Positions 40,214-50,279 of a stretch of DNA of 64,000 nt are shown piece after piece. How positions within the stretch are numbered: position 1 is the first letter of the stretch; every line of letters starts with the position of its first letter. The stretch comes from a bacterium (GTDB lineage Bacteria; Patescibacteriota; Microgenomatia; Levybacterales; UBA12049). Where the stretch lies: positions 149,862-213,861 of the forward strand of contig JAKALS010000002.1 in assembly GCA_021813145.1 (NCBI GenBank). Direction: 5' to 3'. The notes beneath the pieces are model-generated. The model was not told the DNA's origin, did not search any database, and saw nothing but the letters and a program-made list of their open reading frames with translations. The position numbers were made by a program, and so were the translations under genes.

Positions 40214-42547
40214 ATAGTCTTTTTTTCTAAGGAAAAGCATTCCCCCAATCATCATAATTACCCCTGCAGCAAAACCCGCTACTCCCAAATTAAAACTCAT
40301 AGGTTGGTAGCTAAAAGTTACCGTATGGCTACCCTTCGGAACCGAAACCGCCCTGAATGCATAGTCCGCACGGTAAATCGGAGTCTGTTTTCCGTCTACG
40401 GATGCGGTCCAGCCGGGATAATAGGTATCGGAAAGAAAAAGCATGGAATTACCGTCAGAATCGGTATTTATTACGACTTCATCCGGAGTATAAGAAGCAA
40501 TTTTTGCATTTCCCGTAGTAGCGGTCAATTTGATACCCGGGTTCTTCTCGAGAACTACACCGTTTCGTAAATCAAACTTCGAAGAAAACATGGTATTTAG
40601 AATTTTTTGCGGATTGCTTTCTACCGTAAAACTCTTAACCATAAAAGCCCTCGGGTATACATTTTTATTTTCATAAACCTGATATACTCCGTCGTCATAA
40701 ATCTTTAAATATTGCCCGGGCTCGGTCCAGAAGGGGAAAGTCCAGGAAGCATGGTCATCCGCTATTTTGTGAACCACGTATTTTACTCCCAATAAGTTTA
40801 CCGCTTTTTTTGAATCCAGTCCGCTCTTTGGAAAGGATACTACCGACCTTGCGGATTCCGTCAGGTCTCCGTTTTCAAGCGATGCAATAAATTCACCGTA
40901 CCTTTTTATATAAACCGCATCATAGCCCTCTATGGATGGGAGTTTATAATACGTAGTCGCTTCCCCTCCCATATTGCTTACTATCCTTTCGTACCCTGAA
41001 ATATTTTTAAACTCCGAAACTACCGGAACATTAGGATACATAAGACTTTTAGGGTCAAACGGCATCCATTTTGCCGAAAATCTGAGCATATCAAAAGATA
41101 CTAATACGATAATTACTAAAGATAAAAGATTAAAGATTAAAGATTTTTTCAAGTGAACTAAAAAAATACCCGCAAATAATACTAAAGAGAAAGCAAGAAG
41201 CATTACGGTTGGAAGGATAAGATTTTGCCTTGCTATTACAATCTTATCCAAAGGCATGAAAAGTTTTAGGATTACAACGGCCCAGAGGATCGCAAAAACC
41301 GCAAAAGACAATAACAGGAATAGCAATATATTCTTATTCTTATTTTCTTTTAAATCCAGGATTATTTTTTCAAACCCGAACGCCGATAAAACAGCCATGG
41401 AAAAACTGAAAAGAACAATTATTCTACTGGCTGCGCTTGTCGAGAGAACGGGAACTTTAAGCATTATCAAAAGGTTCAAAAAAGGTGTCTGGAAAGAAAA
41501 AAGTATGGCAATGACGGCCATTAGTGCAAAGAATAAAACTTCTTTTGTTTTTTTGGTCAACGAATATAATCCCAAAAGGATAGGAATAAGCCCTATATAT
41601 GCATTCCACTCCGCATAGTGGCCGAACCAGTCATTTCTTGTTACCGGATTGCCCAAATAATCGGGGGCCACAAAAGTAGAAAGGTATCCCCAGGGAATTA
41701 CTTCCAGTTTTTCAAATATTGCGCTTCTTAGAGTTTGTGTATAAAGCTCTATCGAGGGAAGAATCTGGGGAAGCGTAAAGAGAAAACCAATAATTGTATA
41801 CAGCAAAACGAATATTGTATTTTGTAAATTTTTGGTCTGATAAAACTTAAACAGAATATACGCCGCAACAAAGAGGGAAAAGTAGATACTTATCTGAAAA
41901 TGACCCGAAAAAAATGAAAGAGGAACGGTGAGGGAAAATAGAATAAGAAACCTGAATTTTTTTGAAGAATAAAACTTTTCCAAAGAGTAAAGAGCAAGGG
42001 GCAAAAAAAGAATAGCGTATCCAAGAGTCGCATAAGCCATCCAGGTTGTAATAAATCCGCAAAACATAAAAGCTATTGAGCCCAAAAGTGAAGATTCTTC
42101 TTTAAGCTTTAAACTTCTTAAGAAGAGATACATGAAAATTCCCGCAAGAAGAGGCTGGAAAAGAACTAAAAGACTCCAGGCGTCAATAAAAGGAAGAATA
42201 AAAAACAAAATATTAAAAGGAGATAAAACCGCAGACTGATAATTTGCAAGATGAGTAGTTCCCGAAAAACTGTAAGGGTTCCAAAAGGGAATTTGCCCGC
42301 TTTTTAAAGTATCTATAGTAAAAGTTTTCCAGGGATATATCTGGTCTATGACATCGGGCATTGCGTTGTTTTTGACCGGAGATGTATAGCCCGGATACGC
42401 ATTCCAGGGAGAGAAGAAATTAACGAGGTAAGTCGAGGAAAAAGGGACATCGTGTTTTAAAAAATAGGGATTTGAGAAAATTAGCCAGACAAGAAAAATG
42501 AATAAGACCGGCCAGAGCTTTTTTGTAAATAATTTCAAAATTTTCAC
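40205..42547 (-). CDS. YfhO-family membrane protein (GT-C)
   Basis: DVIDQIYPW, PFWNPYSFSG, SGHFQ, EGYD, DTYYPGW..VDG..ADYAFRAV. Confidence 0.85.
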   Translation of the reverse strand: MKILKLFTKKLWPVLFIFLVWLIFSNPYFLKHDVPFSSTYLVNFFSPWNAYPGYTSPVKNNAMPDVIDQIYPWKTFTIDTLKSGQIPFWNPYSFSGTTHLANYQSAVLSPFNILFFILPFIDAWSLLVLFQPLLAGIFMYLFLRSLKLKEESSLLGSIAFMFCGFITTWMAYATLGYAILFLPLALYSLEKFYSSKKFRFLILFSLTVPLSFFSGHFQISIYFSLFVAAYILFKFYQTKNLQNTIFVLLYTIIGFLFTLPQILPSIELYTQTLRSAIFEKLEVIPWGYLSTFVAPDYLGNPVTRNDWFGHYAEWNAYIGLIPILLGLYSLTKKTKEVLFFALMAVIAILFSFQTPFLNLLIMLKVPVLSTSAASRIIVLFSFSMAVLSAFGFEKIILDLKENKNKNILLFLLLSFAVFAILWAVVILKLFMPLDKIVIARQNLILPTVMLLAFSLVLFAGIFLVHLKKSLIFNLLSLVIIVLVSFDMLRFSAKWMPFDPKSLMYPNVPVVSEFKNISGYERIVSNMGGEATTYYKLPSIEGYDAVYIKRYGEFIASLENGDLTESARSVVSFPKSGLDSKKAVNLLGVKYVVHKIADDHASWTFPFWTEPGQYLKIYDDGVYQVYENKNVYPRAFMVKSFTVESNPQKILNTMFSSKFDLRNGVVLEKNPGIKLTATTGNAKIASYTPDEVVINTDSDGNSMLFLSDTYYPGWTASVDGKQTPIYRADYAFRAVSVPKGSHTVTFSYQPMSFNLGVAGFAAGVIMMIGGMLFLRKKDYLF

Positions 42548-42550
42548 TTT

Positions 42551-43306
42551 TTACTTTTTAACCTCATGTCCTTTTTGCATTTCCCAAAGCCTTGCATAGG
42601 TTATAAACATGCTGAATGACTGGTAAATACTCTCTATAAGACCTGCCGTTCCGGCTTTATATCCTTTTTGTTTCACATATGAATTTAAAAAACCCGAAAT
42701 CATAACTCTTGGAAATCTCCACCAGGTCATTCTGGGATGGTTTGCGTTAAAACGAAGCTGTGCCTCAACTCCCGACCACTGTGCCGTCTTTTCTACCATA
42801 GAAGTAAGGTCCCTATGGGTATAATGCAAAAGAAAACCTTCAAGTTCCCCTATTTTCCCGTCTACAACCGGACTTTCGTGGAGCTCTCCGCGCCACCCTT
42901 TAAGATCAGCTTTTTTAAAAAACCTTTCCAGCTTTTCGATATACGGCCATTCGTGATTTCCAAGATAAAAATTTTTTCTTAATACTTTATATGCGGAAAA
43001 AACAGAATCGGATTCAGTTGTTTTTTTTATACTTTTTTGAAGCTCTTCACTGACTCTTTCATCAACATCAACATATAAAATCCATTCCCCCTCGGCTTTT
43101 TCCAACCCTAGATTTCTTATTTTTGAAAAATCGGAGAAATTATGCTCAATAATTTTAGCGTTGTGCTTTTTTGCAATCTCCAGGGTTTTATCGCTAGAGC
43201 CTGCGTCAACAACTAAAATCTCATTGCAGAAGGAAAGGCTTTTAAGACAATCCTCTATTAAATCAGCACCGTTTTTTGTTATAACGATTCCCGTAATTTT
43301 TGTCAT
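42551..43306 (-). CDS. GT2, WaaE/KdtX-like
   Basis: VDAGSSDKT, RNLGLEKA..WILYVDVDE, LHE, LLHYTH. Confidence 0.87.
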   Translation of the reverse strand: MTKITGIVITKNGADLIEDCLKSLSFCNEILVVDAGSSDKTLEIAKKHNAKIIEHNFSDFSKIRNLGLEKAEGEWILYVDVDERVSEELQKSIKKTTESDSVFSAYKVLRKNFYLGNHEWPYIEKLERFFKKADLKGWRGELHESPVVDGKIGELEGFLLHYTHRDLTSMVEKTAQWSGVEAQLRFNANHPRMTWWRFPRVMISGFLNSYVKQKGYKAGTAGLIESIYQSFSMFITYARLWEMQKGHEVKK

Positions 43307-44565
43307 ACCAAATCCTTAAATCTTGCAATAGCGAAAGGAATTTTCATCTCGTCCTCAGACATTCCTCCGTGATGACCCTTAAACTCGACCAGTTCTCCTT
43401 TTATATGTTCGAACCAGACGGTCTTTCCTTTATAGGGTAATAATATAATGTTTCCGATTCTTTGTAAAAACTCATCGCTTCCGTTACCGAAAATTCCCAT
43501 TTTAATTGCTTCTTCGGTTTTTATAGCCTTACATATTTTCCCGTACTTTTTATTTATATATATAATAGTATCTTCGATTTTGTCTTTTTTTACCCTTAAA
43601 AAAACGTCTCTGGGGCTTCCCCAGGGAAGAATTATATTTCCGTTGAGTCCCGTTTCCAAGGCTTCCAAGATAACGCTGTCTTTATTTAGATAAACTGTTT
43701 CTTTGGGGTTTATCTCCACCTGTCCGTGGTCTGATGTTAAGGCAAACAAAATATTATTGGCTTTTTCCGGGGGAACTCTTTTTATTAAATCATTGTATAT
43801 ACTTTCAAAAAAAATTCTTGCCTCCACTTCGTATTGAAGGGAATCAGGCCCGAATTTATGACCTTCGCTGTCTATTCCTGACCAGTAAACGTATAAAAAA
43901 GCTGGGCCCTTTTCCCTGACTAATACGTTATAAATAGAAACTATCAAGTCCGATAAATAACGGTAATCGATTTTTTCAGCACCGTTGGAGACAAGATTTG
44001 AATAAACGGTATTGGCCAGTGACTGGTTGTGGAATATGTAAGAATTTACTCCGTTATCCTCCAGTATCTTAAATATTCTGTCCTTATTTATAATAAGCTT
44101 AGGATCTGCTCCTTTTTCCAAAAGACTTCCCTCTTTGGCCCTTCTTCCCATTGGCGAAAAGGGAATGGTCTGTATAACTTCAGCGAGCTCGTCGAAGTAG
44201 AGATTCCATTCAAAAAGTCCGTGGTCTCTTGGAGTAAGCCCCGTTGCAACGGTTGTAAGGGAAGCCGCGGTTGTCGACGGAAATCCGGAGGTTATGGGAA
44301 AAACTTTTCCTTTTTTTGAAAGAAGCCTCAAAAAAGGAATATTTTTTTCTATATTTTTATACTGGTTATAACCGAAACCGTCCGTAAGAAAAAAAACAAC
44401 TTTATTATTTTTTTCAATAAATTCATTCAGATCGAAATTTAATGGCTTGTTTGCGCTTTTTATTCCGAATAAGCTCAACAACGTGTAGATTGAGTTATAT
44501 AAGGAGTATCCGTTGTAATTGGGAAGAAGGAAATCCTCATATCTTTTAAAATATTTTCCACTCAT
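43303..44565 (-). CDS. Alkaline-phosphatase-superfamily nucleotide pyrophosphatase/phosphodiesterase
   Basis: TDGFG, FPSTT (Thr nucleophile), IDSEGH, SDHG, GHHGG metal-ligand motifs; no signal peptide evident. Confidence 0.85.
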   Translation of the reverse strand: MSGKYFKRYEDFLLPNYNGYSLYNSIYTLLSLFGIKSANKPLNFDLNEFIEKNNKVVFFLTDGFGYNQYKNIEKNIPFLRLLSKKGKVFPITSGFPSTTAASLTTVATGLTPRDHGLFEWNLYFDELAEVIQTIPFSPMGRRAKEGSLLEKGADPKLIINKDRIFKILEDNGVNSYIFHNQSLANTVYSNLVSNGAEKIDYRYLSDLIVSIYNVLVREKGPAFLYVYWSGIDSEGHKFGPDSLQYEVEARIFFESIYNDLIKRVPPEKANNILFALTSDHGQVEINPKETVYLNKDSVILEALETGLNGNIILPWGSPRDVFLRVKKDKIEDTIIYINKKYGKICKAIKTEEAIKMGIFGNGSDEFLQRIGNIILLPYKGKTVWFEHIKGELVEFKGHHGGMSEDEMKIPFAIARFKDLV

Positions 44566-45482
44566 TTAAAACTTCCCTTCCCAAAGCGGCCGAGGTAATA
44601 GTCAAAAACTCCTTTACGCTGCCATCTCCTGCCAATGAGTAAAAATTTTATACTTTCTCTAAAAAGAGCAAGTTTTGTCCTCAAAGATGCATAAGTCATT
44701 CCGTATAACATCCTGTTTCTTGTAATATAGTAATCCTGAAGTGAAGAGCCCGAGCCTCCGACAGAGCCGGCATTTTTATGCCACATGATTGCCCCAGGTT
44801 CAAAGACGATTCCAAAACCCTTCTCCCTGGCCCTTTGGCTTAAATCGTTATCTTCGTAATAAAGAAAATACCTCTCGTCAAAGTCTCCGGTTTTTTCGAC
44901 TACTTCTTTTTTTATAAGCATGCAACAACCGCTTGCAAAATCCGTTTCTTTTCTTTTTGAAAATTGGCCTTTATCCACCTCGTCCACTCCCTCGTGCTCT
45001 CCTATCACGTTATTCCAGTCCATATTTCCCCCGGCATACCATATAATTTTCCCAAGCTCGTTTTCCTTATATCTGTCTTTATGGAATTCAAACCCTTTTG
45101 CAAAATAAATTTTTGGCGAAATAAGACCGGCATTGTTATCGTTTTTTGCGGACTTTACGAGTTCTTTTATAAGACTCTTATCCAGGATAACATCATTATT
45201 AAGAACAATTATGTATTCTGCACCATTTTCCAGGGCATATTTTATCCCGACGTTATGACCGCCCGAAAACCCGAGATTATCTTCATTCTTAATTAATTTG
45301 AAATTTGAATTTTGAAGTTTAAAATTTGAAATTTCAGTAAAGCTTTCGTCAGTTGAGGCATTATCTACGACTACAACCGTAAGATTTATGTCAGAAATAT
45401 CGAGTCTGTCTATTGAGTTAAGGCAATCTATGGTATCTTTAACTCCGTTAAAGTTTACTATCGTTATAAAAACATTTGTCAT
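44562..45482 (-). CDS. Glycosyltransferase family 2 (rhamnosyltransferase-like)
   Basis: VNFNG, DNASTD, NLGFSGGHN, LNND, YYEDNDLS, YYITRNR. Confidence 0.9.
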   Translation of the reverse strand: MTNVFITIVNFNGVKDTIDCLNSIDRLDISDINLTVVVVDNASTDESFTEISNFKLQNSNFKLIKNEDNLGFSGGHNVGIKYALENGAEYIIVLNNDVILDKSLIKELVKSAKNDNNAGLISPKIYFAKGFEFHKDRYKENELGKIIWYAGGNMDWNNVIGEHEGVDEVDKGQFSKRKETDFASGCCMLIKKEVVEKTGDFDERYFLYYEDNDLSQRAREKGFGIVFEPGAIMWHKNAGSVGGSGSSLQDYYITRNRMLYGMTYASLRTKLALFRESIKFLLIGRRWQRKGVFDYYLGRFGKGSFK

Positions 45483-46390
45483 ATGCGGATCTTTTGGGAA
45501 ACTCTGTAGATGTTTTTCTTTATCGGGTTTTTAGTGCCCTTTTTCTTTTCGTTAAAAAACCAGAATCTTAAATCTTTGTCCGCCTTTTTAAACTCTTCCT
45601 CCGCTTTTTGCAGGAATTCTTCCCCGTTTTCTTTTATGAAACCCATCTTCTCCCAGATGTATGCAAATACCAAAAATCTGTAAAAGGCCATAAGTATTGA
45701 AAGCATTAAGCCGTGAAGTCCGTCTTTGTATCCTTCCCTTGCAAAAAAACGGTTGACAAATTCATCAAAAGGAAATCTTATTGCGTCAAAAGAAGAAAAT
45801 TTATATCCGTTTGACAAAAGAAAATCTGCTTCGTTGGGGCAATAAACATCTACTGCCCTATGCATAAACTGCAAAATGGTTTCGTAGTTGTCGTGAAGTA
45901 TGTCGTTTTTAAGTTTTCCCGTTTCTCCCTCAACTTTTAATTTCTCGTGTACGTGTTTTTCTAGAAATTTCCCCTTACCTTTCCTAAACAACCTTAACTG
46001 ATAATCAGGATACCATCCGGCATGTTCTATCCATTCCCCGAAAATATAATTTTTTCGAGGTATCAGATAACCATTTTCTTTTACATTTTTGGCTAACGTT
46101 TCCTTAATTTCTTCTGCGAGTTCCCCACTTACGGTTTCGTCGGCATCAAGGCTTAAAATCCAGTCACCCGTTGCTTTTTCGAATCCGAAGTTTTTTTGAA
46201 GGTCGATTTGGGCCGGGTTATTTTTTTGTGTATATATATTCTTTGTATATTTAGAAGCAATTTTTGAAGTATTATCCGTTGAGGAGTTATCGATAACAAC
46301 TATCTCATCCGCAAATTTTGCCGACTCCAGGCATTTTGCAATTTTTTGCTCCTCGTTATATGCAGAAATAACTACGGATAATTTTGCCAT
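45479..46390 (-). CDS. GT2, WaaE/KdtX-like
   Basis: WILSLDADE, PRKNYIFG, WYPDYQLRLF, VHE, GYKDGLHG. Confidence 0.88.
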   Translation of the reverse strand: MAKLSVVISAYNEEQKIAKCLESAKFADEIVVIDNSSTDNTSKIASKYTKNIYTQKNNPAQIDLQKNFGFEKATGDWILSLDADETVSGELAEEIKETLAKNVKENGYLIPRKNYIFGEWIEHAGWYPDYQLRLFRKGKGKFLEKHVHEKLKVEGETGKLKNDILHDNYETILQFMHRAVDVYCPNEADFLLSNGYKFSSFDAIRFPFDEFVNRFFAREGYKDGLHGLMLSILMAFYRFLVFAYIWEKMGFIKENGEEFLQKAEEEFKKADKDLRFWFFNEKKKGTKNPIKKNIYRVSQKIRI

Positions 46391-46392
46391 AT

Positions 46393-47847
46393 TTATCTTT
46401 TAAGGTTATCCCTTACCATCTGGATGTCCGACAATATCTCATTTTTTGCCAAAGCAAACATCGTTAAGAAGTATAGCACAGCTCCAAACCCTATAACAAA
46501 AATAACGCCTATTATATTCTTTGCCAGGAATCCGCTTAAAAAGTAAACCGCAACTCCCATAAGAAGAGTCGCTATCAGAGGGTTTAAGACTACCCTTAAA
46601 AGGCTAAACTGCATATACCTTTTTACGACAAATACGACCAATACAACGGAAGCCGCTATAAGAGCCGAAGCATATGCGACTCCGTTAAAGCCGAACCAGA
46701 CGATAAAAAGAGGAGTTATCGCCCAGTTTGCAACGGTCCAAAAAACCATAAGATAGAGCGTTACTTTTATCTTTCCTATTGCACTTAGGGCATTCGTTAA
46801 AGGAGTTGATATCGAAGAAAAAGCGGCGTTAAGGGCAAAAAACACCAAAGATATTATTGCCGGTTCCCATTTAAGGTATTTGGGTATTATGTGGACAAAA
46901 TAAGGCGCTAAAACTACCAATCCCATAAGGCTTGGGAAGATGAGGAAACACGCGGCAAAAATAGATTTTTCAACGGCTTTTCTAAGTATATTTTTGTCCT
47001 CCTGAAGCCTAGAAAAAGAAGGAAATGTAATCCTTATTACGTTATCCATAATAAGTCTTAAGGGAACAAAAGCCCATTTCTGGGCAAACCCTATATAGCC
47101 GACCTGAGCCAAGGGTAATACTTTACCAAGATACGCAATAAACAAATCGTCTTTTATAAGAGCTAAAAAGCTGTTTGTCTGGAAAGGTATCCCGAAAGAA
47201 AGGAGTTTTTTTGCCGCATTTTTCTGGAAACCTATTCCGATTCTCCATGGGTTTATTATATATATGGCAATTACGCCTCCAATCCCTCTTGCCAAAACCG
47301 CATACGTAAAGCTTGCTACGCCAAAACCTTTTGCGGCAAGAATTACGGCAACAAGACTAAAGACAAGATTTTCGACTATTTGAGGGATAACCAATTTTTC
47401 AAAATGCAAATCTCTCTCCAAAAGTATAGAGGGGATTGTTTTTAACGAGGACAGGAAAAAGGAAATAACAAGGGCTTGAAATAAAAGCACCCCATCGGCG
47501 TCAAGATGATAAAAAGATTTGACAAAGCCAGACAAAAGAAGGGCAATAGCTACCACTGAGATTACGAGAATCTGTTGTATGGTAAAAGTAGTTCTAAGCT
47601 CTTCTTCGGTTATCGGTTCCTTTTTCTGTATTAAAGCGGCGGCAAGACCGATGTCCGAGAAATACTGAAGAAACGCAATGGCTGCTGAAACGACAAAATA
47701 TACTCCGAATACGGATGGGGAAAGAAAAATCGTAAGTAAAAGATTTGCGATAAGTCCTATTACCTGTATCGCAAATGTCCTTGAAACAAGAGCAAACACT
47801 CCCCGTATAGATTTTCTTGTTACGGCCTCTATATCAATTTCTTCCAT
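46393..47847 (-). CDS. Oligosaccharide flippase (WzxC-like)
   Basis: LSPSVFG, FSDIGLAAALIQ, FPSFSRLQ; ~12-14 TMs. Confidence 0.87.
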   Translation of the reverse strand: MEEIDIEAVTRKSIRGVFALVSRTFAIQVIGLIANLLLTIFLSPSVFGVYFVVSAAIAFLQYFSDIGLAAALIQKKEPITEEELRTTFTIQQILVISVVAIALLLSGFVKSFYHLDADGVLLFQALVISFFLSSLKTIPSILLERDLHFEKLVIPQIVENLVFSLVAVILAAKGFGVASFTYAVLARGIGGVIAIYIINPWRIGIGFQKNAAKKLLSFGIPFQTNSFLALIKDDLFIAYLGKVLPLAQVGYIGFAQKWAFVPLRLIMDNVIRITFPSFSRLQEDKNILRKAVEKSIFAACFLIFPSLMGLVVLAPYFVHIIPKYLKWEPAIISLVFFALNAAFSSISTPLTNALSAIGKIKVTLYLMVFWTVANWAITPLFIVWFGFNGVAYASALIAASVVLVVFVVKRYMQFSLLRVVLNPLIATLLMGVAVYFLSGFLAKNIIGVIFVIGFGAVLYFLTMFALAKNEILSDIQMVRDNLKR

Positions 47848-48544
47848 AATTTAAATTCTTCCAAAGAAGCAGGCTTTCTTTTACCGCTCTTATAATTACC
47901 CTTATGTTTCCTCCGCTTTGATCTCCATAAACTCTTGGATAATGGTTTACCTCAACCTGAATAATTTTAAGTTTTTTCTTTTTTGCTCTTGCAAGAATTT
48001 CTGTTGTAATCATTGCTCCCTCCGATTTTAAAGGAGAGATCTTTTTGATTGCCTCTTTTCTAAAAAGCTTAAATCCGCAGTCGATGTCTCTAAAATAAAA
48101 TCCGAAAAATACAAAATCCCATATTTTTAACATATTCATCAGAAGATGCCTGAATGGATTATCCAGTCTTTTTTTTCTGTAGCCTATTACCATATCCGCC
48201 TTGTCTATTTTATCCAAAAACTCTGAAACTTGGGAAAAATCGAACTGTCCGTCCCCGTCGTTAAAAACGATATATTTATACTTTGCCTTTTCAAAACCGC
48301 TCTTAAGCGCCGCTCCGTATCCCCTGTTTCTTTGATGAGATACAACGGTAAGATTCGGATTAACTTTTGCAAGTTTTTGGGCAATACTTAAAGTATTATC
48401 CGAAGAACCGTCGTCAACCATTATTATTTCCCATTTTGATGCAACTTTTTTTGCAACGGGGATGGCTTTTTTTACAACATTCTCTATGTTTTTTTCTTCA
48501 TTCCAGAAAGGAAAGAAAACAGATAATTCCGTGATTTTACTCAT
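47834..48544 (-). CDS. GT2 polyprenol-phosphate glycosyltransferase (DPM1-like)
   Basis: NRGYGAAL, DGDGQFD, DIDCGFKLF, HYPRVYG. Confidence 0.88.
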   Translation of the reverse strand: MSKITELSVFFPFWNEEKNIENVVKKAIPVAKKVASKWEIIMVDDGSSDNTLSIAQKLAKVNPNLTVVSHQRNRGYGAALKSGFEKAKYKYIVFNDGDGQFDFSQVSEFLDKIDKADMVIGYRKKRLDNPFRHLLMNMLKIWDFVFFGFYFRDIDCGFKLFRKEAIKKISPLKSEGAMITTEILARAKKKKLKIIQVEVNHYPRVYGDQSGGNIRVIIRAVKESLLLWKNLNYGRN

Positions 48545-50279
48545 ACCTTTTTCGGGCTGAAAGAATTATACCAGCAATAAGTGCCGCTATTCCAGCAACA
48601 GAAATTAAATCGGATAAAAGCTCTACGGGAGTCTGCGAGTATTTGAGTTGTATTTGATGAATTCCCGGAGAAACTTTAATCCCGACGCCGTTATCCAAAA
48701 CCGACAATTTATAGATATTGCCGTCAATATACGCACTCCAGAATGGGAAATAGGCAACGGGAATAACGATTGAAGAAAGATTTTTGCTTTCGGCGGTAAA
48801 CGCATACTTAACGGGAGTGCGGGTAATATTTTTTATGTTTACGTTGCCCTTTTTTACTATTACTTTTCCGTTTGAGATTTGAGAAGGATTTTCGGGCACC
48901 AAAAAATCCGAAGGCATATACTCGTGCGTAAGATTAGAGGCAAACCAGGAAATTGCATACTTTGTTGTGTATTTCCCGGAATTTTCGGAGTATATTCCGC
49001 TATATTCTCCGGAAGCCGTAGGAAGGATAGGAGAAGTTATAAAGTATTTCGAACTTACAAAAATTAAAAAGGCTAAAAGTACTGTTGCAACTCCAAAATC
49101 TAGATAAGAAGCATATTTTTTAAAGGGAAAAAATCGAAAAAACCATACAGAAGAGCCTGCCAAAAGAGAGGAAAAAAATGAAGCCATTACAAGAAATCTC
49201 CAGGGAAACTGGAAAAATGCCATAAGTCTTATTGAGTCCCACAAGGGTTTTGAAATCTGAAGCGTTAAAACTGCGGAAAAAACAAACCCCAGAAACAATA
49301 ATAAAATTATATAAAAATTTTCAGAATCTTTTCTGAATTTTTTTATCAAAAGTAATATAAAGGCGGAAACTGCCGAGGCAAAAGAAAGAATTATATGAAG
49401 TTTACCTATCATAAAAGACAAACCGTCGTTGCATCCGGGAACCGAACCGCCAAATCCCCACGGGCTTGTCCAAAGCTGCCCGGGACATACAAAATTATCC
49501 CAGTAACTAAAGCCGCCCTGTCCTATCTGCGAGAGGACATTTGTATATTTCATTTCCGAAAGTGCGGGCAACCAGTAAAAACAGGAAATAAGAGCTCCGA
49601 ATATCAAAACCCAAAAGGGGTTAAAAGAAACTTTTTTTTCTTTTTTAAAAGAAGCCAGAAATAAAACCAGGATTAAAAGCAATAGAAAAGGAGACACCAT
49701 CATCGCGGTAAGATTATGTGAAAGAATTATTCCCGCAAAGCCCAGCGCTCCTATAGCCGCATTTTTAAAATTATTTTCCTTATATGTTTTTATAACCCCA
49801 TAAAAAGCAAGAGGAATAAATGCGTATGCCCAAAATTCCGCAACATCCCCTCTTACATATATATCGACCGCATGGTACGGTGCATAAACATAAAATAAAG
49901 CCGCAACAACTCCTGCGGCTTTTCCGAAGAGCTCCTTTCCCAATAAATACATGAAAATGCCGGAAAGAAGTATTCCCAGCCCCATCATAAGTTTTGCCGA
50001 AATAAGCACATTAAATCCCAAAAGATTAAAAAATGAACCCGAATAGTAGGCAAGAGGCGCGTAGAAATTAAAAATCGGATAACCGAAGCCGAACCCTAGA
50101 TCCATTGACCATCTTACGGGAAACATGCCGGCATTCAGGGATTTGGTCATTTCAAAAACTCTTTGAACCTGGGTATCGTCGTGTACTGGGAAAAGGCCCG
50201 GCGAAAGCAAAGGCCTTATTGCCCAGAAAGAAAGAACCAATACGATTATTATAGGCAAAATTATTTTTACAACTTTCAT
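48537..50279 (-). CDS. PTPS-related membrane protein, putative GT-C glycosyltransferase
   Basis: HDDTQ, FPVRW..LGFGFGYP.FNFY, YAPYH..D.YVRG..AE, FQFPWRFL, EYMP, YFPFW. Confidence 0.78.
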   Translation of the reverse strand: MKVVKIILPIIIVLVLSFWAIRPLLSPGLFPVHDDTQVQRVFEMTKSLNAGMFPVRWSMDLGFGFGYPIFNFYAPLAYYSGSFFNLLGFNVLISAKLMMGLGILLSGIFMYLLGKELFGKAAGVVAALFYVYAPYHAVDIYVRGDVAEFWAYAFIPLAFYGVIKTYKENNFKNAAIGALGFAGIILSHNLTAMMVSPFLLLLILVLFLASFKKEKKVSFNPFWVLIFGALISCFYWLPALSEMKYTNVLSQIGQGGFSYWDNFVCPGQLWTSPWGFGGSVPGCNDGLSFMIGKLHIILSFASAVSAFILLLIKKFRKDSENFYIILLLFLGFVFSAVLTLQISKPLWDSIRLMAFFQFPWRFLVMASFFSSLLAGSSVWFFRFFPFKKYASYLDFGVATVLLAFLIFVSSKYFITSPILPTASGEYSGIYSENSGKYTTKYAISWFASNLTHEYMPSDFLVPENPSQISNGKVIVKKGNVNIKNITRTPVKYAFTAESKNLSSIVIPVAYFPFWSAYIDGNIYKLSVLDNGVGIKVSPGIHQIQLKYSQTPVELLSDLISVAGIAALIAGIILSARKRYE

